A stretch of 49,075 nt of DNA, taken from assembly GCA_029821145.1 (NCBI GenBank), contig JALGTY010000003.1, positions 1,682 through 50,756 of the forward strand, written 5' to 3'. The translations under genes were made by a program, and so were the position numbers. The stretch's first letter is position 1. The number at the start of each line of letters is the position of its first letter. This document shows positions 8,498 to 18,426 of the stretch, in pieces. Origin of the DNA: Candidatus Zipacnadia bacterium (lineage in GTDB: Bacteria > Armatimonadota > Zipacnadia > Zipacnadales > UBA11051). The notes under the pieces were generated by a model. That model saw only the letters and a list, made by a program, of their open reading frames with translations. It made no database searches and was not told the DNA's origin.

Positions 8498-9346
8498 TCA
8501 GTTGGTCTCCTGTTCTTCAATAGCCTGCACGGCCTCCCGTATCGCCAGAAGCTCTTTCAGCAGCCCGGCCACACTGTCGAGATGCAGCATATTGGGGCCA
8601 TCGCATGGCGCGGAGTCGGGGTCAGGATGCGCCTCGATGAACAGCGCATCTATTCCGACGGCTACGGCCGCTCGTGCCAGCGGCGGTGCCAGGGCCCGCT
8701 GCCCGCCCGAGACTCCACCCGCCCCGCCGGGCAGTTGCACGCTGTGGGTGGCGTCAAACACCACTGGATGGCCGAACTGCCGCATTATCACCAGCCCGCG
8801 CATATCAACTACCAGGTTGTGATAGCCGAAGCTCGTGCCCCGCTCGGTTACGCACACGGCCTGGTTGCCGGTGGATGTGACCTTGGCGATGGCGTGCGCC
8901 ATATCGTCCGGGGCCATGAACTGCCCTTTTTTGATATTGACCGGCACTCCTGCTTCACCGGCGGCCACCAGTAAGTCCGTTTGCCTGCAGAGAAACGCGG
9001 GGATTTGCAGCATGTCGAACACTTCGGAGGCCGGCGAGACCTGAGCGATCTCGTGAACGTCAGTGGTCACTGACACCTTTGCCCGCCGGGCCGCTTTGGC
9101 CAGAATCTGCAGGCCCATTCGCCATCCAGGCCCCCGTTCCGATTTAGCCGAAGTCCGGTTCGCTTTATCACACGATGCCTTGAAGATGAACGGCACGCCC
9201 AGTTCGGCGGTGATGTCACGGAGCCGGGCGGCTATTTCGTAGGTCGTCTCCTCATCCTCGACCAGACACGGGCCGGCGATCAAGACCAGCCGCTCTCCGC
9301 CTATGGTACAATCGCCGGCGGTGATTTGCCTAACAGCATCACTCAT
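8498..9346 (-). CDS. kdsA: 3-deoxy-8-phosphooctulonate (Kdo-8-P) synthase
   Basis: 282-aa ORF with FKASCDKANRTS, QIPAFLCRQTDL and DATHSVQLPGG. Confidence 0.95.
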   Translation of the reverse strand: MSDAVRQITAGDCTIGGERLVLIAGPCLVEDEETTYEIAARLRDITAELGVPFIFKASCDKANRTSAKSERGPGWRMGLQILAKAARRAKVSVTTDVHEIAQVSPASEVFDMLQIPAFLCRQTDLLVAAGEAGVPVNIKKGQFMAPDDMAHAIAKVTSTGNQAVCVTERGTSFGYHNLVVDMRGLVIMRQFGHPVVFDATHSVQLPGGAGGVSGGQRALAPPLARAAVAVGIDALFIEAHPDPDSAPCDGPNMLHLDSVAGLLKELLAIREAVQAIEEQETN

Positions 9347-10115
9347 TGGCAGCTTCCTCCTCCATTATCTTGCGCACCAGTTCCAGGTCCTCTGCCGTAT
9401 CAACGCCGATGGGTGAGTAATCCACCTCGACCACTCGGATGGGGCAACCGTGTTCCAGAGCCCGCAACTGCTCGAGGCCTTCGGTCTGCTCCAATTGCGT
9501 CGGTGGCAGGCTTGCCAACCACAGCAGCGTCTCTTTGGTGTAGGCATACATGCCACAGTGCTTTAGAGGCCACAACCCGCACGGATGTTGCTGTGGCGCA
9601 TCTGGCGGAGGCTGCGGGCCGTCAATACGGAAGTAGGGGATAGGCGCGCGCGAAAAATACAGCGCAAAGCCAGCTCGGTCAACCACTACCTTCACCGCCG
9701 CCGGATTCAGATGTTCCTGCTGGTCGGTAATGCGCGTTGCGATGGTGCTCATGCGCAGGCCGGGCTCTTCCAAGAATGGCTCCACCACGGCTTGTATGGC
9801 TTGCGGGTCCATGAGCGGTTCATCGCCCTGGATATTGACTATTAGTTGATAATCGCTCTTGCCAGCCACCTCGGCGATCCGGTCGGTGCCCGAGGCGTGG
9901 TCTGCGCGTGTCATCTCGACGCTGCCGCCGAATGCTCTCACAGCCTCGGCGACCCGTTCGTCATCAGTTGCCACGATTATGGACTCAAAGCAACCGGCTT
10001 CCGTTGCCCGCTCATAGACATGTTGCACCATCGGCTTGCCGGCAATGTCGGCCAGGACTTTGCCATCGAGCCGTGTGGAGCCATAACGCGCGGGTATCAC
10101 TGCGGCCACACGCAT
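9339..10115 (-). CDS. kdsB: 3-deoxy-manno-octulosonate cytidylyltransferase (CMP-Kdo synthetase)
   Basis: 258-aa ORF with IPARYGSTRLDGKVLADIAGKPM and VNIQGDEPL. It overlaps kdsA by 8 nt. Confidence 0.95.
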   Translation of the reverse strand: MRVAAVIPARYGSTRLDGKVLADIAGKPMVQHVYERATEAGCFESIIVATDDERVAEAVRAFGGSVEMTRADHASGTDRIAEVAGKSDYQLIVNIQGDEPLMDPQAIQAVVEPFLEEPGLRMSTIATRITDQQEHLNPAAVKVVVDRAGFALYFSRAPIPYFRIDGPQPPPDAPQQHPCGLWPLKHCGMYAYTKETLLWLASLPPTQLEQTEGLEQLRALEHGCPIRVVEVDYSPIGVDTAEDLELVRKIMEEEAANE

Positions 10116-10121
10116 CAGTAA

Positions 10122-10619
10122 TCATTCCTCGTTATCTTCGCCGCCGAGAGCCTGTATGCGCCTGATTAGTTCCGAAGTCGAGTGCCCCTCGGACAATTCG
10201 ATCGTCACAACCCGTCCGCCCCACTGTCGCACAGGCACTGTTTCCGGCATCCGTTTCGGGTCATAGTCCTGGCCCTTGACGTGCACATCGGGCCGCAGCA
10301 CTGCCACCAGCTCACTGGGGTTCAGCCGGTCAAATATCGTCACATAGTCAACCGACTCCAGCGCCGCGACTAGTGCCGCTCTTTCACCTTCCGGCACAAT
10401 CGGCCGGCCTGGCCCTTTGAGTTGCCGCACGGAGTTGTCGGAGTTGACACCCACGGCCAGCACATCGCCGTGCTTGGAGGCCTGTTCCAGGTACTGCACG
10501 TGCCCGATGTGCAGCAGGTCGAAACAGCCGTTGGTAGTCACTATGGTATGACCTTCGCGGCGCAGGCGGGCGACGATGGCTCCCAGCTCCTGCAGCGGCA
10601 CCACCTTGTCCTCGGTCAC
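10122..10619 (-). CDS. hldC: D-glycero-beta-D-manno-heptose 1-phosphate adenylyltransferase (RfaE domain II type, stand-alone)
   Basis: 165-aa ORF with TNGCFDLLHIGHVQYLEQA and VNSDNSVRQLKGPGRPI. It aligns by eye with the C-terminal domain of E. coli HldE. Confidence 0.85.
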   Translation of the reverse strand: MTEDKVVPLQELGAIVARLRREGHTIVTTNGCFDLLHIGHVQYLEQASKHGDVLAVGVNSDNSVRQLKGPGRPIVPEGERAALVAALESVDYVTIFDRLNPSELVAVLRPDVHVKGQDYDPKRMPETVPVRQWGGRVVTIELSEGHSTSELIRRIQALGGEDNEE

Positions 10620-10663
10620 AGCACTGGCCCTGCCTTGTTGCGGTGAGCTCAGTCGAGCTGAGG

Positions 10664-11149
10664 CTAGTAACTATCTGTGTCTGCAGCGAATCTTCTGCCG
10701 ACGGCCCGGAACAGGGCAAACACGGGAATGCTCCACACCGCCGTACTCAGCGCTGTCATTATCATCAAGCGAAACCATGACAGCGGCTCCGCCGGTGGAG
10801 CGAGAATCAGGTTAATCAGCCAGGCCGCAATGCTGCCGACAAGTGAGGCCACAACTGCTACCGTGATGCGGGTTGAGAACAGTCCGCCGCGTAGCAGGCC
10901 GGCCAGCAGCCCAATTCCCATGAGAGTGATAAACTGCCCGCCCATTGGTAATGAGCCGATGCTGGCGGACAGATACGCGGCAACAAAGCCCGCGACGCAG
11001 CCGGCCGTGGGCCCGCGCATCAGGCCGATACTGAGTACTGCCACCAGTGCCAGTTCCGGGCGGGCGCCCCGGATATGCAGCCACGGCGGCCACGCATATT
11101 GCGTCGCGACAGTTAGCAGCAGCAACAATGCGCTGATAGCGTAGAACAA
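10664..11149 (-). CDS. mreD: rod shape-determining protein MreD
   Basis: 161-aa polytopic membrane ORF immediately downstream of mreC. Confidence 0.7.
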   Translation of the reverse strand: MFYAISALLLLLTVATQYAWPPWLHIRGARPELALVAVLSIGLMRGPTAGCVAGFVAAYLSASIGSLPMGGQFITLMGIGLLAGLLRGGLFSTRITVAVVASLVGSIAAWLINLILAPPAEPLSWFRLMIMTALSTAVWSIPVFALFRAVGRRFAADTDSY

Positions 11150-11179
11150 GACACCCTCGCTCCCAACCAGCCGCGCCGG

Positions 11180-12025
11180 CTATTTTGCCCTTCGGACAAC
11201 CAGGACGTAGGTGATATTGGTGAGATTGGCGGCAGGTTTGATGATGGCTTTTAGAGTGCGGCTGCTTGCCGGCGCGGTCTGAACCCGTATGACCGTACCG
11301 ATGCGCACATTGGCCGGATATATCTCGCTTAGACCGGCGGTGAGGATCACGTCGCCGACCCGCAGGTCCGCTTGACCCCGAACCTTCTCCATCTGCAGCA
11401 GCGGCTCGCCGGCGTCGGTTGGAGTCGCGGCGTAGAGCATCCCCTGGTCGCGCGACCTCTGTACCATCCCGGCCACCGCATGATCGGAGTGGGTGAGCAG
11501 CATGACTTCGCCTACCGATTTCTGTGCCGACACCACCCGGCCTACCAGCCCCTTTTGGGTCATGACCATATTGCCGACTTCCAGCTCTCGCCCGTCGAGC
11601 GATTTGATAGTTACCTTCGGCCCACCGGGGGTGCTGGCGCGGCTGATCGCCCTCGCCGGGACGCCCTTGGCTTCGCCCGAAATGACGAAACCGAGCTTTT
11701 CGCGCAAGTCTTTATTCTGCAGGAAATATTCGTGCAGTTGCAGCTTTTCGGCTTCCAGGCGGTCTATCTCTTCTTTCAGTTTGCGGTTCTCTTCCGCCAG
11801 CGAGCGCGCGTGGATCAGCGATACAAACACGTCATGTCCGCAGCCGAGCACGCATGTCACCCCGGCCTCCAGCGGCCACATGATTCGCTGGGCGGCCCTC
11901 TCCGGCGCGCTTTGCTGCCCGCTGTGGTGAGTGCGGTGTTGCCAGGATGTCAGCACCACGGCCAGCACGCACAGCACCGCAAGCCACTTGACTTCGAGTT
12001 GGGGAGACTGTGGTTTGGTCAACAT
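11180..12025 (-). CDS. mreC: rod shape-determining protein MreC
   Basis: 281-aa ORF with an N-terminal TM segment, a coiled-coil (LKEEIDRLEAEKLQL), then beta-rich domains. It sits 3 nt downstream of mreB. Confidence 0.85.
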   Translation of the reverse strand: MLTKPQSPQLEVKWLAVLCVLAVVLTSWQHRTHHSGQQSAPERAAQRIMWPLEAGVTCVLGCGHDVFVSLIHARSLAEENRKLKEEIDRLEAEKLQLHEYFLQNKDLREKLGFVISGEAKGVPARAISRASTPGGPKVTIKSLDGRELEVGNMVMTQKGLVGRVVSAQKSVGEVMLLTHSDHAVAGMVQRSRDQGMLYAATPTDAGEPLLQMEKVRGQADLRVGDVILTAGLSEIYPANVRIGTVIRVQTAPASSRTLKAIIKPAANLTNITYVLVVRRAK

Positions 12026-12028
12026 CTC

Positions 12029-13105
<1,077 letters not shown>

Positions 13106-13133
13106 CTCGGCCTATTACACCTCACAAACGCCT

Positions 13134-13832
13134 TCAGTCTTCTGTATGCTCTGCCGGTCGCCAGCCCACCTTCTCCAGCATTGACTGCAGTTTGGCAATC
13201 GGCAGACCGACCACGTTCAAGAACGATCCTTCAACCTTCTCGACTAGCTCTCGCCCCAGGGCCTGCACTGCGTAGGCCCCCGCCTTGTCCATTGGCTCGC
13301 CGCTGCTGACATAATCTGCGATCTCTTGCTCGGTCAGTTCTTTGAAGACTACCTTCGATGTCTCGTAATCTTCGGCCACGACCGCCGCGCCCTCGCCATT
13401 ATTATAAACGATCGCCAGCGCGCTGCTAACCCGGTGGGCCCTGCCACTTAAGCCTCGCAGCATCCGGGCCGCATCGGCTGTGTCCTGTGGCTTGCCCAGG
13501 ATATTGTGACCCACTGCCACCACAGTATCGGCGCCGACTACCAGCCATCCGGGGTTGCGCCCCGCGACATCCAGCGCCTTCATCCGCGCAGCCCGCAGAG
13601 CAAAGCACACATCAGCGCCCGGGCCTTCCCGTGCATCTGCACCCTCACGATCCCCACCGCTGCCTTCCGCACCCAACTCCGCCTCCGCGTCGCTGACTCG
13701 CACGATGAACTCCATTCCTGCTTCCCGCAGTATATTCTGACGCCTGGGCGAGGCAGAAGCAAGCATTAGCGGCTTCCCCAACGCTTCTTTCAAATCAATC
13801 CGGCCGCTGGATGCCGCATCTGAGCGTGCCAT
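13134..13832 (-). CDS. maf: Maf-like nucleoside triphosphate pyrophosphatase
   Basis: LASASPRRQNIL and VVGADTVV motifs. I chose ATG 13832, 5 nt after the upstream stop, over GTG 13877, which overlaps the ABC1 gene. The protein carries a Gly/Glu/Ala-rich insert. Confidence 0.85.
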   Translation of the reverse strand: MARSDAASSGRIDLKEALGKPLMLASASPRRQNILREAGMEFIVRVSDAEAELGAEGSGGDREGADAREGPGADVCFALRAARMKALDVAGRNPGWLVVGADTVVAVGHNILGKPQDTADAARMLRGLSGRAHRVSSALAIVYNNGEGAAVVAEDYETSKVVFKELTEQEIADYVSSGEPMDKAGAYAVQALGRELVEKVEGSFLNVVGLPIAKLQSMLEKVGWRPAEHTED

Positions 13833-13837
13833 TGTTG

Positions 13838-15616
13838 CTAGAGCCGCCCCGTCCGCAGCACGCTGATCAACAACCACAAGCCCAGCACGGCTCCGCCGAT
13901 GAGATAGACGGTCGTCAGGATATTGGCAATCGGGTTGTCGTCTGTTCCAACAATCGCCAGCACTGCGGATGACAGGATAATTGCTGATACAAGGATGCTT
14001 GCAGATAGGCGGTTGACGATTGTATCCAGTTTCCGCAGCGGCACGTCCATTTCGTCTATGGCGACCCGGAGGCCCAGGTTTCCTGACTGGGCCCGGTTCA
14101 GTATGTGGCTTATCTGTCGTGGCAGGAGGCGCAGATAGCGTCCGAGATCACGCGTGGCTCGAAACAATTCCGTTGCCAGATTTCCGGGCCTCATCTCCTG
14201 GATCAGCGCACTTTTCAACGTATCCTGGGCAATGGGGCGGTAGTCGAATTCGGGGTCCATTTGTGTGCAGACCCCCTCGCTGACCACCAGCGCCTTGACC
14301 AATGATGGAAAAGTGGGTGGCAGGATGATGTCATAGTCGAGAATAAGGCGCATCATCTCTTCGAATACGTGACCGATGCCGACCTGTGAAGTCCGCTGCA
14401 CCTGGCTGTAGCGGCTCATCAGCCTGTCAATGTCGTTTTCAAGACGAAACGGATCAACACTCTCGCCCACCACCCCAAGGTCCAGCAGCAGGTCGGCCAC
14501 TTCCTGCGCGTCGCTGAGGAACCAGGCCCAGATGAGGCGCGTGGCACAGCGCTTGACCTTCTCACCCAGCGTAGTGGCATAGCCGCTGTCAAGTAGCGCT
14601 ACCTTCCCGTCCTCCGTGAACAGAATATTGCCCGCGTGCGGATCGGCGTGGAAATAGCCGTCAACGAGCACCTGGTGTGCCATCGTCTTGGCAACGTTCT
14701 GGGCTGCTTCTTTCGGGTCAAGGGAATATCTGGCAAAGCCCTCCTCATCCCCGGGTTTTACGCCCTCTATCCACTCCACGGTCAGCACGCGTCTGCTGCT
14801 CAACTCTGTGTGAATCTTCGGTATTTTCACGTACGGCAGTGCTGCCATATTGAGCCGCAAGCGCTCGGTGTTTTCTGCCTCGACTCGGAAGTCCAGCTCA
14901 TTGAGCAGAGCGTTGCGAAATTCGCCCACCTGGCGGGATGCGTGTTTGCTGCGCAGCCAGGCATTCCGCCTTTCGGCGAATTCAATGGCGGCGGCAAGAA
15001 TGTCCAGGTCGGCTCTGCAGATGTCCTCAGCGTCAGGACGCTGAACCTTGACCGCAACCCACTGTCCGTCGTGTAGGCGCGCCTTGTGCACCTGCCCCAA
15101 TGAAGCCGAGGCGATCGGCTCATCACTAAATTCAGCGAAAAGCTCAGACGGCTCCGCATTCAGCTCTTGTTTGATGACCTCATGTGCCTGCTCTATCGGA
15201 AACGATGGGACGTCGTCCTGCAGGTGGCGTAGCTCGCGAATGTAGTCGTGTGGCAGCATGTCGCTGCGCGTGCTGAGCATCTGGCCGAGTTTTATCGCCG
15301 TCGGGCCCAGCTCCTCCAGAGCCAGCCGCAGACGCAGCGGCGTATCCAGTTTCGCCTTCTCCGGATCTGCTGAGATCTTGATGCCGCCCGGCACCAGGCG
15401 CTCGAGGCCCTGTATCACCGAGGCAAAGCCAAACCGTACAAGCACACTCGTTATGTGGCCCATCCGCTTCGGCCAGTTCTCGGCCCGCTGAATCCACCCC
15501 GACATCGCCTCGTCGTCGCGCTCACTGGATAATGTTGAGTTCGGCTCCACAGTTGGAGCACCTTCCCTCCGAAATCGCTGCCAGGCCTGCTGCAAAGCCG
15601 CCACGTCTGACTGCAA
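13838..15616 (-). CDS. ABC1/UbiB-family atypical kinase with two C-terminal TM helices
   Basis: ASASLGQVHKA, VAVKVQRP and HADPHAGN motifs. ATG 15505 (MSGWIQRAENW...) may be the real start, see the finding at 15522-16479. Confidence 0.85.
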   Translation of the reverse strand: MQSDVAALQQAWQRFRREGAPTVEPNSTLSSERDDEAMSGWIQRAENWPKRMGHITSVLVRFGFASVIQGLERLVPGGIKISADPEKAKLDTPLRLRLALEELGPTAIKLGQMLSTRSDMLPHDYIRELRHLQDDVPSFPIEQAHEVIKQELNAEPSELFAEFSDEPIASASLGQVHKARLHDGQWVAVKVQRPDAEDICRADLDILAAAIEFAERRNAWLRSKHASRQVGEFRNALLNELDFRVEAENTERLRLNMAALPYVKIPKIHTELSSRRVLTVEWIEGVKPGDEEGFARYSLDPKEAAQNVAKTMAHQVLVDGYFHADPHAGNILFTEDGKVALLDSGYATTLGEKVKRCATRLIWAWFLSDAQEVADLLLDLGVVGESVDPFRLENDIDRLMSRYSQVQRTSQVGIGHVFEEMMRLILDYDIILPPTFPSLVKALVVSEGVCTQMDPEFDYRPIAQDTLKSALIQEMRPGNLATELFRATRDLGRYLRLLPRQISHILNRAQSGNLGLRVAIDEMDVPLRKLDTIVNRLSASILVSAIILSSAVLAIVGTDDNPIANILTTVYLIGGAVLGLWLLISVLRTGRL

Positions 15617-15680
15617 CCGACCCGCAACTGGGGCACCTCGTATCAGCAGTGCCGTCTATGTGCACATTGCCGTGTTTCCG
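15522..15680 (-). pseudogene. out-of-frame C-terminal Cys4 zinc-ribbon remnant of the radical SAM gene
   Basis: The +1-shifted frame reads KHGNVHIDGTADTRCPSCGSVAVRRGGF..EGRCSNCGAELNIIQ*. This matches the usual AmmeMemoRadiSam C-terminus (GNV..T.CP.CG....C..CG). Confidence 0.45.
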
Positions 15681-16479
15681 GCGGCGTCGGCGGAGCGTCG
15701 AACTTATATGCCGGGTGGTAGGCCGAAAAGTGCAGCGGCAAGTCCGCCGACAGCCCGGCGGCCCAGTCAACCAGCGCCCGTATCTGCTCTTCTAAGTCGT
15801 TTTCCCCGGGAATCAGCAGATTGGTGATCTCCACGTGGCAGTCGGAAATGGCCCGCTCGACGGTGGCGCGTGCCGGCAGCGCACGCCCGCCGCACAGACG
15901 TTTGTAGAAATCGTCATCCATGGACTTTATGTCCACATTCATCGCATCAATGTGCGGCAGTAGCTCCTCCAGCGGCTCCGCCTCGACGATGCCGTTTGTC
16001 ACCAGTACATTCTTCATTCCGGCTTCCGCCACTAGCGGTGCGGTATCGGCGACATATTCGAAAGAGACCATCGGCTCGTTGTAGGTATATGCCACTCCGA
16101 GATTTCCCTGTGAGCGGCGTTCTGTGGCCACCCTGGCCAGGTTCTGCGGGCTCATGTATTCCGTATGTGGTCGGCCCTGCGATATCTGCGAGTTCTGGCA
16201 GAAGCGGCAGCTCAGATTGCAGCCGAAGCTCCCCACCGAGAGGATATTGCTACCCGGGAAAAAGTGATACAATGGCTTCTTCTCGATAGGGTCCAGCGAT
16301 AGCGAGGTCACCTGGCCATAGTTTATCGAGTAGAGCGTGCCGTCTTGATTCTCGCGCGCCCCACACCGGCCGGTACTACCCGGCTTGATGCGGCAGTGCC
16401 ACGGGCACAACAGACATTCTACGGCCTGCTCATCCAGTTTTTCCCAGTACCGCGCCTCGTGAAGCTTTTCATCGCCCAT
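15643..16479 (-). CDS. AmmeMemoRadiSam-system-type radical SAM enzyme (apparently truncated or frame-disrupted)
   Basis: CPWHCRIKPGSTGRCGAR, DPIEKKPLYHF and GCNLSCRFCQN (CX3CX2C) motifs. The ORF stops right after PPTPPET, where homologues continue for about 60 more aa. Confidence 0.8.
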   Translation of the reverse strand: MGDEKLHEARYWEKLDEQAVECLLCPWHCRIKPGSTGRCGARENQDGTLYSINYGQVTSLSLDPIEKKPLYHFFPGSNILSVGSFGCNLSCRFCQNSQISQGRPHTEYMSPQNLARVATERRSQGNLGVAYTYNEPMVSFEYVADTAPLVAEAGMKNVLVTNGIVEAEPLEELLPHIDAMNVDIKSMDDDFYKRLCGGRALPARATVERAISDCHVEITNLLIPGENDLEEQIRALVDWAAGLSADLPLHFSAYHPAYKFDAPPTPPETRQCAHRRHC

Positions 16480-16497
16480 ACGACAGCTCTTCGCTTT

Positions 16498-17268
16498 CTA
16501 TTCTCCGAACGGTGGCTCCGTCTGCACCTGTGCGATCAACTCATCAACGGCAGCGATTTGCTCCGCCGTGCCGCGTACTGCGATGCGTACCGAGCCTTCC
16601 GCCCCGCAGACACCGCCGGCGCCAATCTGATACGGGTCCCATATGTCGGTCAATATATGCAGGGCCTCCAGTTCAGTGACGATGTCACCTTCCATAATCC
16701 ACAGTGCGGGCACGTGGGGCCGAAAGATTTCGGGCATACTGGCGAGGTCCCGGGCGGTCTCGCGCAAGGGCTCGGCAACCTGCTTTTCGAGGCCGACGGG
16801 GATAATGGCATGCAGCCCGCGGCCATGTACCGGTCCGACCAGGCCGCCCCAGGTGCCGCCGTGGGGATCTCCCACCAGGAGTCCCGCGCACCGGTTGGGA
16901 TAGTCCAGCGCATTGGCGCCCTTGATGACCACATCTCCTGGGCTCATTTCCGGTGCGGCCTCTTTGACGCCCAGCCCCGCGACTATCTCACCGTTATTGA
17001 ACACTACCTCATCCATGTGGCCGCCGAATACTTCGCCAGCGCCGTCAAACCCGGGCGGCACCGTATTGCCCAGGCAGTACGCGCCTTTATCTATAGGGTG
17101 TCCCAGCAACTCCTCGAGGACGTAGGCGTTGGTTGTGCCTTTTCCCACGGCAACTGTGCCTTTTTCCATGGCAGCTCTTACGCAGTCCATACTTGCGACT
17201 GCCTTGCCGATGAGGCGCTTACCGGCTGCAACAGTAAGTATATAGGATGTCGCTCGCTCTTCTGTCAT
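16498..17268 (-). CDS. conserved hypothetical soluble protein
   Basis: 256-aa ORF with clean coding appearance, no TM segment, and Gly-rich motifs GKGTTN, KGANALD, IIPVGLEK and GAGGVCGAEGS. I do not recognise the family. Confidence 0.6.
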   Translation of the reverse strand: MTEERATSYILTVAAGKRLIGKAVASMDCVRAAMEKGTVAVGKGTTNAYVLEELLGHPIDKGAYCLGNTVPPGFDGAGEVFGGHMDEVVFNNGEIVAGLGVKEAAPEMSPGDVVIKGANALDYPNRCAGLLVGDPHGGTWGGLVGPVHGRGLHAIIPVGLEKQVAEPLRETARDLASMPEIFRPHVPALWIMEGDIVTELEALHILTDIWDPYQIGAGGVCGAEGSVRIAVRGTAEQIAAVDELIAQVQTEPPFGE

Positions 17269-17378
17269 AGCTGTCCACTCCTTGGGCCGGTCTTAGGGCA
17301 TTTCGTGCGCAGGCGGGTTCAGCAAGTATAGCAACAACGACGGCCAATTGGCAAGCTGCCGACGCCTTTGTGTCTGAC

Positions 17379-17407
17379 TTGACGGTGTAGGCCTGCTCCG
17401 CTATACT
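17379..17407 (+). promoter_or_regulatory. sigma70-like promoter for the tRNA operon
   Basis: TTGACG (17379-17384), 17-nt spacer, TATACT (17402-17407), about 27 nt upstream of tRNA-Pro. Confidence 0.55.
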
Positions 17408-17433
17408 ATATGTCCATCCAGGTCAGATAGTGT

Positions 17434-17511
17434 CGGGGCGTGGCGCAGTTTGGCTAGCGCGTCGGCTTTGGGAGCCGAAGGTCGCCGGTTCAAGTCCGGC
17501 CGCCCCGACCA
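17434..17511 (+). tRNA. tRNA-Pro (anticodon TGG), CCA encoded
   Basis: Cloverleaf folded by hand: acceptor cggggcg/cgccccg, anticodon loop ttTGGga (17469-17471), T-loop ttcaagt. Confidence 0.93.
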
Positions 17512-17583
17512 TCAGACGGCCGGTGCCTCGATAGACGGCTGGCCGCAGACTCGTAGTTCCTGACCTTGCTGACCGTTTTGGTT

Positions 17584-17659
17584 GCGGGTGTAGCTCAGTT
17601 GGTAGAGCGTCAGCCTTCCAAGCTGAATGTCACGAGTTCGAGCCTCGTCGCCCGCTCCA
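17584..17659 (+). tRNA. tRNA-Gly (anticodon TCC), CCA encoded
   Basis: Acceptor gcgggtg/cgcccgc, anticodon loop ctTCCaa (17617-17619), T-loop ttcgagc. Confidence 0.93.
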
Positions 17660-17676
17660 ACATAGATCCTGCTTGA

Positions 17677-17752
17677 GCGCCCGTAGCTCAGGGGACAGAG
17701 CAGCGGCCTTCTAAGCCGCGGGTCGCCCGTTCGAATCGGGCCGGGCGCGCCA
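17677..17752 (+). tRNA. tRNA-Arg (anticodon TCT), CCA encoded
   Basis: Acceptor gcgcccg/cgggcgc, anticodon loop ctTCTaa (17710-17712), T-loop ttcgaat. Confidence 0.93.
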
Positions 17753-17760
17753 GAGCACAT

Positions 17761-17836
17761 GGTGGGCGTAGCTCAAGGGTAGAGCACTTGACTGTGGCTC
17801 AAGTGGCTGGGGGTTCGAGTCCCCTCGCCCACCCCA
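17761..17836 (+). tRNA. tRNA-His (anticodon GTG) with genome-encoded G-1, CCA encoded
   Basis: An extra 5' G (17761) lies opposite the discriminator C. Acceptor gtgggcg/cgcccac, anticodon loop ctGTGgc (17794-17796). Confidence 0.93.
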
Positions 17837-17887
17837 ATTTTTTACCGCCGCACCTGGGCAATATGCTGTGGTGCAGCGGCGTGGTGA

Positions 17888-17964
17888 GCGCCTGTAGCTC
17901 AGTGGATTAGAGCAACGGACTTCGGATCCGTGGGTCGGGGGTTCGAATCCCTCCAGGCGCGCCA
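17888..17964 (+). tRNA. tRNA-Arg (anticodon TCG), CCA encoded
   Basis: Acceptor gcgcctg/caggcgc, anticodon loop ctTCGga (17922-17924), T-loop ttcgaat. Confidence 0.93.
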
Positions 17965-17994
17965 TCAACAACCAATAACAACTGACAACAAAGT

Positions 17995-18070
<76 letters not shown>

Positions 18071-18150
18071 CCAATGATTTGAGGCAGTGGTGGAGAGTCC
18101 TTTCGTTACGTCGCGCAGAGGTCGGCTCTCGGTTGCATGGCTGGTTGGGT

Positions 18151-18235
18151 GGGCGCGTGATGGAATTGGCATACATGCATGATTTAGGATCATGTGGGGC
18201 AACCCATGCGAGTTCGAATCTCGCCGCGCCCACCA
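18151..18235 (+). tRNA. tRNA-Leu (anticodon TAG), long variable arm, CCA encoded
   Basis: Acceptor gggcgcg/cgcgccc, anticodon loop ttTAGga (18185-18187), variable arm tggggcaacccat, T-loop ttcgaat. Confidence 0.9.
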
Positions 18236-18426
18236 ATCTTGTGTCCGCCATATACAAGCACCAGTAGCTGTGGGGCGGACTGTCTCGCATTGGCAGCGCA
18301 CAAAAAGCATTTCCCCAATGGCAGTCACACCTACCCGGCGTCGTCCAAGGCTCCGGGCGGCGCAAGTGTATCGAGGCCGGAGTTTGCTGCGCCATTTATT
18401 GTGTGGCCACGACAGGAGCGATTCAG

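Noticed and set aside
13134-13877. Gly/Glu/Ala-rich insert in Maf and its 40-nt overlap with the ABC1 gene, considered as possible recoding.
   Set aside because: The insert is in frame and is probably a surface loop. The overlap disappears when the ATG at 13832 is used.
16345-17331. 328-aa plus-strand ORF spanning the radical SAM start and the 256-aa unknown gene. Similar long antisense ORFs occur at 2389-3156, 3664-4464, 6260-7075, 7587-8438 and 11372-12169.
   Set aside because: All are antisense to genes with clear motifs or a better coding appearance, and their composition is typical of GC-rich antisense frames.
17269-17433. Replication origin at the divergence point of the minus- and plus-strand gene blocks.
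   Set aside because: The gap is only about 165 bp and is not AT-rich. It has no array of DnaA-box-like 9-mers (only one weak tgtccac), and no dnaA or dnaN is nearby. The tRNA promoter explains the gap.
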